Source: Narcine bancroftii (lineage: Eukaryota). Taken from it: a stretch of 64,000 bases of DNA. Location: positions 397,296,001 to 397,360,000 of the forward strand of contig NC_091469.1 in NCBI RefSeq assembly GCF_036971445.1, written 5' to 3'. Under the pieces are notes generated by a model that made no database searches, was not told where the DNA came from, and saw only the letters and a list, made by a program, of their open reading frames with translations. The translations under genes and the position numbers were made by a program. Shown in pieces: positions 36,560 through 50,531 of this stretch. The first letter of the stretch is position 1. Every line of letters starts with the position of its first letter.

Positions 36560-38599
36560 CGTTTATCAAACTCTCAATTCAGTTTCTTTATGGCCCCAAA
36601 GCTTATTTCCATAAATAAATTTGGGTCCTTAAGTAATTAATCCAATGACATCAATAAACACAGAAACTTGACTGGCATTACTTATCTCCTTCCTCATTCA
36701 TTCTCACCATCATTCCTCCCCCACCCACCAACTCATCCCTCAAGTTTACTTTTCTCCTCTTCCCATCCCACACCCAGTCTATATCTCAATCGACTAGCTA
36801 TTTTATATCCTGGTGATCCCCATTATTCACAATGGGTGACTATTGGAGCATTTGGGGCATGCATTATTAATTTTTTTTTAATGTCATACACAAATTATAT
36901 CAGGCTTGCTTCTCAATATTTTTATTTCAAGACACAGTGAAAGTATTTTTCTTCCAAACTTTCCAATTGACATAAACTCAGTTGATCCATCAAGTTACTT
37001 TAACTGATCATCTTCCATCAAAAGTAATTTTCATCCACTGCCGCTGAATGCTATAACACCAATCTCTTCCCCGACCGTGAGAAATATTCCAATAGTACCA
37101 GAATGATGATACACAATCAGAAATGATCATGTTAAAGTCCCATGTATCACAAAAATACTACCAAACTATTTTTTCAAAGCATAAAACATTATCTAATGTC
37201 AATTGAATAAATATATCTAAGCTTTTACCAACAATTCTCAGCAAAATGTTTTGTCCAAGGTAATATTTTCATCAAACTAGAACACGTTCAGCCATACAAG
37301 ATTCCTATTCAATGGCTGAAGTTCATTAGTCACTTTTATAGACATCTCAAAATTATTTTGTTGTGAAATAAGGATTACCCTTGATTTTTTTTTAACTATC
37401 AATCTATTTTTGCTTCAGGCGAGCTAGAGGAGCAGATGCCAACTATTGATTAGTTTTGCCCTATTGATTCCTTACTCTCCCTTTCCTCAAAATTGTTCCA
37501 GTCTGACATTGATTGTAGTAAGGCTCAAAAGACATATTGCACACCACACATTCTGTCTAATTTAAAGGAAAGAATCATTATTCAAACTTGTCCAGATTTA
37601 TTGGAGAACAGTTTGATAAGTTATGTGCCAAAGACAGACTGTGAAGGGCAAAAACTGAAAATGATTTGCAAGATTTTACTATCTTAGTTACCAATAGATT
37701 CTCTCTCTCTCTACCTCATTCTCATTTCTAATGGAAATCTCGCATTCAAATTTGTGGAAGTTGAAATTTCATTTGATAAAATTACCCCAAATGATATGAG
37801 TTTTGGAAAAATAGAACCGATACATTTTTTTTATGTTTCCTCCTAAATCTCTACTTAATTCTAGGATAATTTAAATACTATATTGCCCTGACACGAGAAG
37901 GAAAAATATTGTGAGTTTCCACAAAATTGGTACCCAGTGAGCCCAGAAAGAACTTAAAATGATATTTTTTATCTGAAGAAAATAATCTTTTCAAATTATG
38001 TCTTAAAATAGAATTTTAGGGTAATGTATGTTCTTCACTTACATCTTAATTTCCAACCTGAACTTTAGTTATGTCAGTACAATGTGGATGATACTATAAA
38101 ACAATGCATGAATATCATGCAAAATGATCAGAGTTTCAGTGAGTGCTGAACACAGGTGGTGAAGCACAAGAACTCAAAGTGTACAATGATGGATAGGCTA
38201 TGTAAATGGGGTACTCAGAATAGTCATCACTTGAATCAAGCTGAGACCAATATTCCAGCAAATTAATAAGTGCTAGAAATAAGCTTCAAACTAAATAGTG
38301 AGCAATGGGGTTCTGGTGAAGTGAACATAGAACACTGCAGCACAGTATTGGCCCTCAATATGTTCATTCAAAAAAAGTACTAAACCTTCCCTACCTAGTT
38401 ACCCTCGATATTTTTTTCATGCATGTGCCCGTCTAAGAGTCTCATAAATGCCCCTGATGTTTCAGCCTCCACCACCATCCCTGGCAAGGTATTTCACCCA
38501 CAACCCTCTGCATAAAATCTTACCCTGATGTCTTCCCTAAACTTCCTTCCCTTTAACTTGCTGAGTTTCTCCAGCATTTGTTTGTTTTTTTTTTCAAAA

Positions 38600-39870
38600 A
38601 GACAAAGTAAATCAGTGTCTGTGGTTCAGTGTTTATTCAGGAATCAGATGGCAGAGGGGACGAAGCTGTCCTTGTGCAGTTGAGTGCTCTTCTTCAGACT
38701 CTTCAGACCTGATGGTAGCAGAGTGAAGAGGGCATGGCCTGGATAGTGGGGGTCCTTGAGGATAGAGGCTGCTTTCTTAAGACACTGCCACTTACAGATG
38801 TCCTCGATGGAGTGAAGACTAGTGACAGTGATATTGCAGGCCAAGTTAACACCCTTTGGAGTTTTTCTAGTCCTGATTATTGCCACCTCCTTACCAGTGA
38901 TGCAACCAACCTGAATGCTCACCTGTAGGTTTTCAAGAGTCTTCGGTGACATACTGAATCTCCTCAAACTCCTCACAAACTATAGGCACTGGTGAGCCTT
39001 CTTTATGACTGTATCAACATGGAGGCTCCAAGACAGATCCACGGAGATGTTGACTCCAGGAATTTGAAGCTCTCGACTCTCTTCACTTCTGACCTTTTGA
39101 TGATGACTGGTTTGTGTTCTCCTCATTTCCTCCTGAAGTCCACAATTATCTCCTTGGTTTTGCTGATGTTGAGTGCAAGGTTGTTGTCATCGCTTCATTC
39201 AATGAGCTGATCTATCTCCCTCCTGTACTCTTCCTTGTTGCCGTTTGTGATTCTGCCGACAACTGTGGCATCATCAGCAAATTTGTAGATAGCATTTGAA
39301 ATTGTCTAGCTAGACAGTCATGGATGTATAGTGAGTAGAGCAGTGAGCCAAACACACATCCTTGAGGTGTGCCGGTGGTAATCGTCAGCGAGGAGATGTG
39401 TTTCCATACTGACTGCGATCTTCTGATGAGGAAGTCTAAAATTGAGTTGCAAAGGTGGGTCCAGAGGCTTAGTGTTTGGAACTTGTTGACCAGCACTGAA
39501 AGAATAATGGCATTGAAGGCTGAGCTCTAGTCGATGAAGAGCAAACGTAGTATGATTTGCTGTTGTTTAGGTGATCTAGAGCTGAGCAAAGACCCAGTGA
39601 TATTGTGTCTGCTGTGGAGTAATTGTGACTGTAGGCAAATTGCAGTGGGTCCAGTCCTTTAATTAGATATGTGTTAATTCTTGTCACAACCAACTTCTCA
39701 AAGCATTTCATCACAGAAGATGTGAGTGCTGCTGGGCAATAGTTATTGAGGCAGCTCACTCTATTCTTCTTGGGTATCCAGATAATTGATGCCCCTTTGA
39801 AGCAGGTGGGAGCCTTTGACTGCAGCAGGGAGAGATTTAAAGGATCGGAGATGATACATCAAGATGTGAC
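38600..39870 (-). mobile_element. Degenerate Rex1/Babar-like LINE
   Basis: LNNYCPAALTSSVMKCFEKL, LDPLQFAY (39469-39759); TGTPQGCV (39212-39496); ILKDPHYPGHALFTLLPSG (38644-38976). Confidence 0.85.
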
Positions 39871-40397
39871 TGCATTTGATGTCTTTAGTTGTGGGGAGAG
39901 ATTGGCTGGTTTTCCTGGAGCAGAGGAGGCTGAGAGGTGACCTGATGATGGTATATAACATTATGAGAGACAAAGATAAGGGAGCTAGTCAGAATCTTCT
40001 TCTCATCATTGGGGTTTCAAACCCAAGAATCCATATGTTTAAGTGAGAGAAAGGAGTTTTAAAGGGTACATTTTTAACAAAAAAATGTGTAGTTGATATT
40101 TGGAATACATTGCCAGAGGAGGATGTGGAATCAAATACAATTACTTTTGAAGAGGTATTTAGATGGGCAATCAAATGAACAAGGCATAAAAGGATAAAGT
40201 TCTAATGTGGGTAAGTGGGATGAGTGTAGATGGTCAGCCATACAGTATAAAAATGGCGAGACAACTCTTTGACTCCAATCTCATGGAAATAGAAAAAAAT
40301 GTTTTGTGACAGGCAGGAAATGGGAAATGAAATGATTTCCATGATGAATTGGAGAATAGGATGCAAGGAAATCATTTGCAAAATCAAACTTAAAAGT

Positions 40398-40617
40398 TGA
40401 TTCTAAGTGCACATGCATGTAATGTGTGTGCAAGTTCGGAAAAGTTATTTGATTCACAGTCCAATCTCAATTCTCATTCCTCCAAGTTCAGTGGTTGCAA
40501 GCAATTCTTATACTGTGCACAGAATTTAACATTTATAAAGTTCATCAGGCTTGGGTGCTTGAAAGGTGAATGGTTACTGCTCAGGAAGGTTCTTGTCGAT
40601 TTTCAGAGAGAGATTTG
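40398..40617 (-). mobile_element. Internal fragment of the same LTR-like repeat as 6559-7888
   Basis: Direct similarity to 44215-44432. Confidence 0.8.
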
Positions 40618-41739
40618 TAAATTTTGGATGGCAGCAGTGGTATGATAGGAAGACAGGATGCAAAATTATAAATGTAATGTACTAATTTTGGTCATGGATT
40701 TGAAATACAACTGTGGTTGGATACTTTAATTGTCTATCTGCTTTGGACTTCCTACACTTTATCAAAGAGGCACAATGTCAACTTGAGTCAAAAAGCTCAT
40801 ATTCTATCTGAACACTTTTCAGCTTTTAGGAGTCAATATTTTATTCTCCAACTTTAGGTAATTCACTCTTTGCCTTTTCCTACATCACAGTCCATCAACA
40901 ATAGAATTTCACCAAAACAGTATTATTGTTTTTCTTTTAAAACTATATACACGTATAAATAACTACTTATAACACATTAGTTACATTAACCCCAACTTTG
41001 CACAAACGTGTGTGTGTGTGTGTGTGTGTATATTTTGGAAAGTCATTGCAAAATTCAGTCTTACAAATCCTGTGTTGAACCACAGACTTTTAAACGGATG
41101 CCAAGAAGTAATCGGAAAGGAGGTAGGAGAGACTGGGCTTTTGAAAACTCATGAATCCTTGTCAAGTTCCTTGGTGAGAAATATCCTTTCAGATAAACGG
41201 TTGTCATAACTCCCCTAATACTCGTGTAGGGGAAATGAAATATGTGACATCCACGATGCTTCCACAACCCAGTTACAGTTCAATCAAAATTATCATTATT
41301 TTGGTCACAATCCATGCAGCAATTCTTCTGCTTCCAAAACCCAGGGTTAGTCAAAGTGACCTTTCCTGTGGTTCAAAAATTCCCCTGACAGGAAGAATCA
41401 GCTGAATGGTCCATTTAACACAGAGTCACTCCACCTCAGTGTTCCATGAGATGGCTGGTGATCAATAATCAATGCTGTTTCCTTTAGTGTCCCATTTACA
41501 TGATTCTCTCACCACCGTGTCCTGGATAAAGCAACAAATGTCCTTGCTCTTCCTGCAAAGTATCAACATTGGGTATAGACAGTACTAGTTGTGGCCACCC
41601 AATCTCTCCACAGCTGTGAATGGTTGCAACTAGTACAAGCCTTTAAAGTGATACTCACATGAAATGAAACTAGAGCATATAATAATGTATCACAACTGGA
41701 TATTCCTGCCTGTCCTTTTTTTATTGAGAAGTAAAACAT

Positions 41740-42670
41740 GAAAATCTGTAGACATTGTGGTTGAAGTAGAAACACAAAGCTGGAGGAACTCAGCAGGTCG
41801 AGCATTGTCCTTTATATAGCAAAGGTAAAAATTCATAACCAACATTTTGGGCTTGAGCACTTCATAAATGTGTGAAAAATGTCAGCAGGAGTGTGAACAA
41901 AAGAGTAGTAGGGGTAGGTGTAGTCACAAAGGCAGGAGGTGATTGGTGGAGAAGAGAGGGAGGAGACTGCAGCAATCAAGGGGAGAAGTGATGGCTCTAA
42001 AGGACTGATTTACTGCATCCGGTGCTCCCTTTGTGGCCTTCTCTTCATCAGAGAGACTGGGCGCAGAGTGGGAGATCGCTTTCCTGAGCACCTTTGCGTC
42101 TTCCGCACCAGTGACAGAGATCTCCCATTAGTCAACCATTTCTGGGTTGCACTCCCACTCACACGTCTGTCTGTACTAACTCAACAAGTCCACCCGCAAA
42201 TTGGAGGAACACCATCTGATTTTCCATCTGGGCACTCTCCAGCCAGAAGGCATTTACCTCAAATTTTCTGGTTTCTTCTAACCTGCTCCCTCCTTCCCCC
42301 TCCCCTTTCCCTTCTCCTTTCCAGTTCTCTTCCGTCCCTTCCCCCTCTATTCACCTAGCTAGCCCTCATAGTTTTCCATCTAAGCTGTGTGCGCGGGCAC
42401 ACACACAAACAGTCTGCGTGTGCATGCCCTCACCTTAGAGGGAAGACTAATCCATCCTCCCCTTGAATGCTGCTATCCCCTCCCTCCCTCCATTTTCCAC
42501 CCATCACCTTCTGCCTTTCCAACCATACTCCCACCACCATTCTTTTGTTCGGACACCTGCTGACATTTTTCCATACCTTGAAGGGCTCAAGCCCGAAGCA
42601 TCGGTTATGTATTTTTACCTTTGCTTTATAAAAGACACTGCTTGACCTGCTGAGTTTCTCCAGCATTTTG
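41740..42670 (+). mobile_element. Penelope-like element remnant with inverted pseudo-LTR
   Basis: GIY-YIG-like LIYCIRCSLCGLLFIRETGRRVGDRFPEHL (ORF 41939-42358); about 41780-41985 is an inverted copy of about 42460-42667; decayed hammerhead-like motif near 42575-42600. Confidence 0.8.
42369..42449. mobile_element. 81-bp MITE inside the Penelope-like element
   Basis: 16-bp TIRs TAGTTTTCCATCTAAG / CTTAGAGGGAAGACTA (14/16 complementary); TSD not clear. Confidence 0.6.
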
Positions 42671-42872
42671 TGCTTTTATCGTTTTTATTTAGTTTTTCTT
42701 TGCCTGTTCATACTGTCTGGGTTCCTGGGCTTGTCCCATAGTTTTAATGTACTCCTAACTAACTGCTATATTTACTCATTTAAGTCTTACCCTCTCAAAG
42801 ATATTCCTTTCAGCCTCACCTTCTTGGTTATCATTGGTAGTAGAAATTCATGGATGACACAATTAACAAGGG

Positions 42873-45101
42873 TGTTATTAATACCCCAAAACCCAGCGTT
42901 TGATAAGGTGCCGCACAAGAGACTTATCAGTAAGTTACAGGAAAGTGGAGTCTGGGGAAGTATATTGGCCTGCATTGAAAATTGGTTGTCTGACAGGAGG
43001 CAGAGAATTGGGATAAATGGGAGTTTTTCAGGTTAGCAGAGAGTGGTAAGTGGGGTGCCGCAGGGGTCAGTGTTAGCCCCACAACTGTTCATCATTTATA
43101 TTGATGACTTGGAGGAGGGAACAAAATGTGGTGTAGCCAAGTTTGCGGATGACACCAAATTGAGTGGAAGAGCAAATTGTAATGAGGATGTGGAGAGTCT
43201 GCAGAGGGATAGAGTTAAGCTGGATGAGTGGGCAAAGGTCTGACAGATGGAGTACAATGTTAGTAAGTGTGAGGTTATCCACTTTGGTAAGAAAAATAAA
43301 AGAGCTGAATATTATTTAAAAGGTGAAAAACTACAGGATGCTGTTGTGCAGGGGGACTTGGGAGTGCTTGTGCATGAATTGCAAAAAAGTTAGGTTGCAG
43401 GTGCAGCAGGTTATTAAGAAGGCAAATGGAATGTTGGCCTTCATCGCTAGAGGAATTGAATTCAGGAGTAGAGAGGTAATGTTGCAACTGTATAAGGTAC
43501 TGGTGAGACCGCACCTGGAGTACTGTGTCCATTTCTGATCTCCATATTTGAGGAAGGATATACTGGTTTTGGAGACAGTCCAGAGGAGGTTTACTAGGTT
43601 GATCCCTGGGATGAAGGGGTTGACTTATGATGAAAGCTTAAATCGTCTAGGATTGTATTCGCTCGAGTTCAGAAGAATGAGAGGAGAACTTATAGAAACA
43701 TATAGGATTATGAAGGGTATGGATAGAATAGATGTAGGAAGGTTTTTTGAGCTGGCCGGGGAAACTAAAATGAGAGGACACAGTCTCAAGATTCGGGGGA
43801 GTAGATTTAGGACAGAGATGAGGAAAAATAGTTTTTCCCAGAGAGTTGTGAATGTTTGGAATTCTCTAACCAGGGAAGTGGTTGAGGCTGCTTCATTAAA
43901 CATATTTAAAATTTGGTTAGATAAATTTTTACATGATACTGGAATTAGGGGATATGGGGAGAAGGCAGGTAGGTGGAGTTAGGTCATAAATTAGATCAGC
44001 CATGATCGTATTGAATGGCGGAGCAGGCTCGATGGGCCATTTTTGGCCTACTCCTGTTCCTACTTCCTATGTTCCTATGTTCCTAGAAATAAATATTCAC
44101 CAAAACAAATGGTTACTTAAACAAAAGTTGGTTTTAATTATCTTTAAACATGAAAACAGAATCACACTTTAATTTATCACTATTGACTTAACTAACCTAA
44201 CTTAACCCCCTTCTAATTCTAAGTGCAAATGTATATAATGTGTGTGCAAGTTCAGAAAAGTTCTTTAGTTCACAGTTCAATCTCACTTCTCATTCCTCCA
44301 AGTTCACTGGTTGCAAGCAATTCTTATACTGTGCACAGGATTTAATATTTATAAAGTTCATCAGGCTTTGGTGCTTGAAAGGTGAATGGTTACTGCTCAG
44401 GAAGGTTCTTGTCAGTTTTCAGAGAGAGATTTGCTGTTCACTGGATGCACACAACTGATTTCTTTTTAATCAGCCACTTCAGTGTCTTGCCAAAGAAACT
44501 TTCCCCCTTAGAGTTCTCCAGATGATAACCTCTTTCTTTCAGGTCACCACAGAGTACCTTTTTGTTTCTCTTATTTCAAGTGAAACGTTAGACAACCAGT
44601 CCTCTTATCTTGCATGAACCACAAGGGCTTTGACCAGAATGAACTAAGCACTCACAACCCGTCTTCCAAATGGGGTTTACCACAAGCTTTCCAACTTGTC
44701 CTGTTTCAGTCCCAGCTCTGCTGCTGACTGTATAACTACAGAACTGAATTCCCTCTCTCTCCCTCTCTCGCATTAAGAAAACCTGTTTTACTCTCTCTGC
44801 TTGCAAAACCACTTGACCCTCTTAGAACAGCAAGTTCCACTCCAGGCACTCTGCAGATCCGACAAGTTCTTTCATATGTTGCCTTTTTGTAAACAACAAT
44901 CCATTAGTGAAGTGACTTGGGCACTCTCCAAAGCTTTTGCAAAAGCTTTTGGCCCCGGCCTGTCTAGCATGAGCAGAGCTCCTGTATTTTAAATAAGATC
45001 TGTTTTAAAGTGTTTGTATGTGACCTACACTAAAAATTCTTCCCCAGTTTATCCCCAAAAACCCATCTATATACAATACAAACTCCACATAATCTGTCAC
45101 A
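42873..45101 (-). mobile_element. Solo LTR-like repeat, copy 2, interrupted by CR1
   Basis: TGTTA...GTCACA termini; 44086-45101 colinear with 6596-7888; first ~25 nt lie left of the CR1. Confidence 0.7.
42898..44085 (+). mobile_element. 5'-truncated CR1 LINE (family with (TTCCTATG)n tail)
   Basis: AFDKVPHKRL, SGVPQGSVL, KFADDTKL, RPHLEYCV; ORF 43548-43982; tail TTCCTATGTTCCTATGTTCCTA. Confidence 0.95.
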
Positions 45102-45509
45102 GAATAATAAACAAAGGAAGTTTTAATTGTTCAATTCTTCCCATAACTCCTGATAAAAACCTAAACAGTGAAGCACCTGATGTCTAGGACACTGCTTCTG
45201 ATTAATTTTTATATTTGACTGAAGAAGAAGACAACTTTTTTTTAATCCATTATGCAAAATTTAACAAATTCAGGGCTCAGGCCCATAACATTGGTTATGT
45301 ACCTTTATCTTTGCGACATCAAGAACAGTATTTGACCTGCTGAGTTTCTCCAGCTTTATGTGAATACTGCGAAAGCTAGGAACAGAATCTGCTGGCTAAC
45401 ATGCTTTGCATTATCTATTCATAATATAATTGATGTGAATAGTACGAAATCTTGTTTTCATAAAATCATTCATTTCCTTCATTTGGCCAAATTAGACCAT
45501 TCCAAGGTG

Positions 45510-46080
45510 AAACATGAAAGTCTGTATGTACTGTGATTGTGGTAAAAACACACAGTAAATGCTGGAGAAACTCAGCCAGTCTTGAAGCATCTATAAGAGG
45601 TAAAGATGATCCCTTCTTCAAAGTACAAGCAAAAATCAGACAGGCTTCTGAATAGAGACTGGTAGAGAAAGGGGAAATGGGGTCCAAACCAACAGTTAAA
45701 AGAAGTTAATTGGATTTGATGAGGAAAGGTGAGAATTGAGAATTGATTTTGGCTCTGTGAAAGGAGACAGAGAAAAAAAGGAAAAGAGAGAGAGACAGGA
45801 CTAGAGAAAAGGAGACAGGGACAAAGATGATGGCTTAAAGGAAACTGGAGGAGTCGATGTTAATGCCATCCAGTTGGAGAGTGCCCAGATGGAAGATGAG
45901 TTATTCCTCCAATTTGCAGGTGGTCTCAGGCTGGCAATGCATGAAACCATGGACAGACATGTCAGCAAGGGAATGGGACAGGTAATTGAAATGGGTGTCA
46001 CTGCTACTGTGGTGGACAGAGCTGAGGTGCTCAACAAAGCAATCTCCCAGTCTACATCTCCATTGTAGAGGGGACCACTT
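45510..46080 (-). mobile_element. Penelope-like element remnant
   Basis: RLGDCFVEHL...HFNYLSHSLADMSVHG...CKLEE (ORF 45901-46089) and a pseudo-LTR containing GCTGAGTTTCTCCAGCA. Confidence 0.7.
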
Positions 46081-46865
46081 CTCAGGCAATTATCATTTTT
46101 TGACTGACAATCATTATTCCAACCTCTATATTTGAAAAAGGGAGCATATTTTTGTACTTTTGCATGCAAATACGTATAAAAAGTTCATATCTTCTACAGT
46201 AAGAAATTCATAACTTACTGTCAAACTAAATTGCTATGACATTTTTGTCAAAGTTCTGCAACTAAATAGTATGCTGAAAAAAAATGTTCATTCACTGTTA
46301 TTTGATATTAAAAGGCTCTCAGTAGGCATGGGTCTGACATTGGGTGGAATAGCCGGGATATTGAAGGTTCTCATTAAGAGGATTCCATGCTGTTTTTTCA
46401 GTCAGTGATTTATCTGCATTGTATCCAGTAGGAGGAGGTCAGGTGAAAAGGGGGAAGCAATTCATCTGAGATGGCATTTTCCTTTTTACAGCATTACCAG
46501 TTAGAAAATAGTAATTCATATCTAATTTGTTGCCTGTAATGGCTGTTTAAATAAATTCATGAGCTTCATGATAAAACTTGTTCTGTTATATATTTGACAC
46601 AATTAACCATCAAAGAACAGTGAGTGTCACAGAATGAAGCAGCTTTTCAATGTATCTACTCATAAATCAACCTTGAGTGTCATTGCAGTGATGAGGGAGG
46701 GTTCCTGAATGATGGTTATTTTTCACTGATTGCATATGTTATGTATTCTTATTATATTTATCAAATATTTACTTAGAAGTTATTAATGTAAATCTAAACA
46801 TACATTGCAATTTAAATTCGTTTTATAGCACAGTAACAGGCCCTTCCAGCCCACAAGCCTATCCC

Positions 46866-47207
46866 ACCTAAGAAGAGGTACAAGGACTGCCTAAAGAAAT
46901 CTCTTGGTGCCTGCCACATTGACCACCGCCAGTGGGCTGATATCGCCTCAAACCGTGCATCTTGGCGCCTCACAGTTCGGCGGGCAGCAACCTCCTTTGA
47001 AGTAGACCGCAGAGCCCACCTCACTGACAAAAGACAAAGGAGGAAAAACCCAACACCCAACCCCAACCAACCAATTTTCCCCTGCAACCGCTGCAACCGT
47101 GTCTGCCTGTCCCGCATCGGACTTGTCAGCCACAAACGAGCCTGCAACTGACGTGGACGTTTACCCCCTCCATAAATCTTTGTCCGCGAAGCCAAGCCAA
47201 AGAAGAA
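46866..47207 (+). mobile_element. RTE LINE 3' fragment inserted in a SINE/CR1 tail
   Basis: Matches 2697-3026; flanked by minus-strand SINE-tail sequence. Confidence 0.92.
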
Positions 47208-47344
47208 AACACCCAACTGACCTGAATTGCCAGCTAAAGAACTCAACCTTACATTTAACTAGGGCAACTGTGTGTTCAAAGCGGACCTGAACTTAAACAT
47301 CCAGGAGTGCTGGAAGCCCGAAGGAAAGTAAAGGGCAAACTCCT

Positions 47345-48081
47345 GAAAATTCTGTCAAGTGACTTAATGATAGATGCTGACGAGACATCAGGACAGCGTA
47401 TCGCAAAGGGAAATCTGGAATATTCATCAATTACAGTAAGGAAATATACATTTTTGTTGTTGCACAATGACTGTCCTGACATCACATTAATTTGCCAGTG
47501 AGTCGAGGGCCAGTGCATAGGCAGCATCACTTTCCCTGGGTTTCTGGCGTCTAGTCAGCAACTGGTGTCGAGCAAGCACCACATTCCATGGCACTGCATA
47601 GTAAGCAGTCAGACGTTCCCGGGCTATAGCCAGAGTGGTAGCTCCTTGTGTTACGGTGAAAGGGACCTCACCCAGCAGAGAGTTCAGGTGGCCCCACTGT
47701 ATCGCCTCATCAACCACTTTGTTTCGAGCCATGTAGTAATCGAAACAAGCAATCCAGTGGTTGAAAATTTCTCTGGCTCTCAGGGCAGACTGGTCGATTA
47801 TCAGCCGCTTTTGCTTGAGTGCTGCATCCATTTCTGCTAATATAATTGAAGTGCCAGTTGATGAAGTAGACCAAGACGATGTGGTCAAACAATAATCATG
47901 GCTTTTATTAACAGAAACTCATGGTACAATAATGAAAGACAATAGGTGCATACACAGTTATATCCAAGGGGAGTGTCCTTAACAGTAGAGATAATGCACA
48001 GCCAATGTTAGTAGAGCAAGGCTCGCCAGAGGTGGGGTGGTGATGGGGGGGAGACAGACATCTTGGCAGACATTCACCACA
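47345..48081 (-). mobile_element. Internally deleted Gypsy: 5' LTR 48081-47847, gag from ATG 47831, integrase fragment
   Basis: LTR TGTGGTGAATG...GGCACTTCA; gag MDAALK...REIFNHWIACF...LARHQLLTRRQKP; integrase YFLTVIDEYSRFPFAI. Confidence 0.9.
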
Positions 48082-48179
48082 GTCTCAATCCTATTTTGCT
48101 TTTGAACTGCATTGTTTAACATCATTCAAAAGTTCTTTTTGAAAAAAGATACTATCAAGCCCAATGTTCTTTTTTCAGT

Positions 48180-48183
<4 letters not shown>

Positions 48184-48230
<47 letters not shown>
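48184..48230. repeat. (TG)n microsatellite
   Basis: Seen directly. Confidence 0.97.
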
Positions 48231-48232
<2 letters not shown>

Positions 48233-48299
48233 ATGGGTACTATATAGCTAACAGTTACAAATTGCTGTAAACAACCTATGAGACAAAAACAAAATGTAT

Positions 48300-49010
48300 A
48301 TAAAGTAAAAACTACTCAAATAATCTAAACCTCTCTTGTGAAGTTATTATTAAACATACCATAAATATTCCATTAATGCATGAATGCAAGGATAACCAAA
48401 CCATAAAATGAAATCCAATCATCTTATATATTCTGAAAATAATTATGAAAAGGACCTCATAAATTTAGAAAATTAAGATTCATTACAATAGTAGAGCATC
48501 ATTTTTTTCCCCCAGAGTCAAGCATCAGATAACCATTGGGTACGTGCAGAAGGGCAGGTACGTCCTTCCATCCCGTAAGTATAGCTTTCTGGCAATAAGA
48601 AGAGCAAAGGCAACTACATGGGACTGGTAGCCCAGACACATTTAAATCAGCTGACTGATTGTTCCAAATAGGGCAAGAAAAGGATTAGGAGCCAAATTAA
48701 CATGAAGAACTAAAGACGGGTACGGAAGATACTTTGCCAATAATTGGAAAGTGAGGAACATGACCAAACATATGAAATGATGAATGTTCTTCAGTCTTAT
48801 ATCTATCACATTTTGATGAGAAATTAGAATAAAATTTAGCCAATTGAACTTTGAAAAAGTAAGCTCCATGTATTACTTTAAATTGTAATAATGAATATTG
48901 GGTGCATAAAGAAGATGAATTAACCAATTTCAAAATAGAATTTCATGTAGCATCGGAAAATTCTTGTTAAAAATATTGCTCCAGTGTTCCTTGACAAAAT
49001 ATTTAATTAT
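48300..49010 (-). mobile_element. L1 ORF2 C-terminal remnant
   Basis: SSLCTQYSLLQFKVIH...KCDR (ORF 48697-48933). Confidence 0.75.
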
Positions 49011-49865
49011 ATTTTTATGGCTTCTCCATAATCTTTGATTCTTCTGATCTATCGATACTAATGTAATTTCCAACAGAAAAGATATAATCTACCCAGGTTT
49101 TTCTTGCCTTGCTTGTGATAACCAAGTTGGTCTTGCAGAAGTGATTGGTTTGCCTTCTTTTTAACGCTATTGGACACATTGGGCAGTGCCTTAAGAGAGA
49201 AAGCAGGTGGAAGTTCATTTGGGGAGATATCTATTGTGTACTGACAAATAGGAAAATACTGGTGCATATCTGAAGTAATTTTTTTGATTTTTTTTAAATT
49301 TTAGAAATACTTTTGCATTACCCTCTTACTTCTTTCTGGTGATGTGTGGAGAGGAAGCCAAGGAATATGTTCAAATGCTCAACTCTCATCAGGAATCCTG
49401 ACCTTGTGCTCTGAGCCTTCATCACTGCAGTGTTCAGTACGTAACTTCCTTGGACTTCAGCAGCAAAGATTCATGAGGGACATTTTCTGGGATATAGCAA
49501 ATGTGGATTTTGGCAGATAGTGTATGTGATAACTTCTACTTTGAAAAAGGACCACTCAACAACTTCCAATTCTAAAGAACAGCTTTATCTGGGACAGCAA
49601 AACTATATATCTATATCTCTCTATATATCTCTTGATATCTATATATAGATATAGATACACCTCACTTACTGCAGAATAAGCCTCACTTTCAAATCAGCTC
49701 ATATTACAACACTTCTTGCTCTGTAAAATCCAGCATCCCCCAAATATAAAAGAACAATGGTATCAATAGCTTGCGTATTAAAACTTATAATAAACGTGTC
49801 AACAACAATTTAACAATACAAAAACATCCGATAAACATGGCAGATTCGATATTCAATCTACTAAA

Positions 49866-50083
49866 TGTGGTGAATGTCTGCCACGCTGCCTGCCTCCCCT
49901 CTGGCGAGCCTTGCTGTACTAACATTGGCTGTGCATTATCTCTACTGTTAAGGACACACCCTTTGGGTATAATTGTGTACGCACTTATTGTCTTTCATTA
50001 TTGTACCATGAGTTTCTGCTAATAAAAGCCATGATTATTGTTTGACCACATCGTCTTGGTCTACTTCATCAACTGGCACTTCA
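49866..50083 (+). mobile_element. Solo LTR (same family as 47847-48081)
   Basis: TG...CA termini; 5-bp TSD CTAAA at 49861-49865 and 50084-50088; TATAA and AATAAA inside. Confidence 0.92.
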
Positions 50084-50531
50084 CTAAAAAACTGTACAAT
50101 CAAAGATTCAGTCTGTCAGGAAGTTTGCGAGCGTATTGTGATCTGCGCACTACCCCCGATGACTCAGCAGCCACTGCTGTCAAAGGTGTTTTGTGAAGAT
50201 CTGGTGTTGGGGGCATTAGAGGGGTCTGTGAGTCAGTGTCGGAAGGTCCATCCTCTTCAGGGGGCCCAGACACCTCTGACAGCGACTTTTTCTCTGGGAA
50301 ACTCACTGGGGAACACATTTCCACAAGTCTGTTGGACCATAGGAAAATCCATGGATCAGTCCGCCTCTGAGAATGTAACATGATTTAAGTGCACATGGTC
50401 CTGATGTCTGCAGAAAACATGTCTGTCAGTCAGCTTTACAATGTTGGAGACAGGCCACTATGCTTAAGAATAACCCCAGGTAGCCATTGCTGATTGTCAT
50501 CTGGTTTTAACTGTCTTTCTCCTGCATGTTG

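Noticed and set aside
47847-50083. Two inverted LTR copies suggesting one element with inverted LTRs
   Set aside because: The right copy has its own 5-bp TSD (CTAAA), so it is an independent solo LTR
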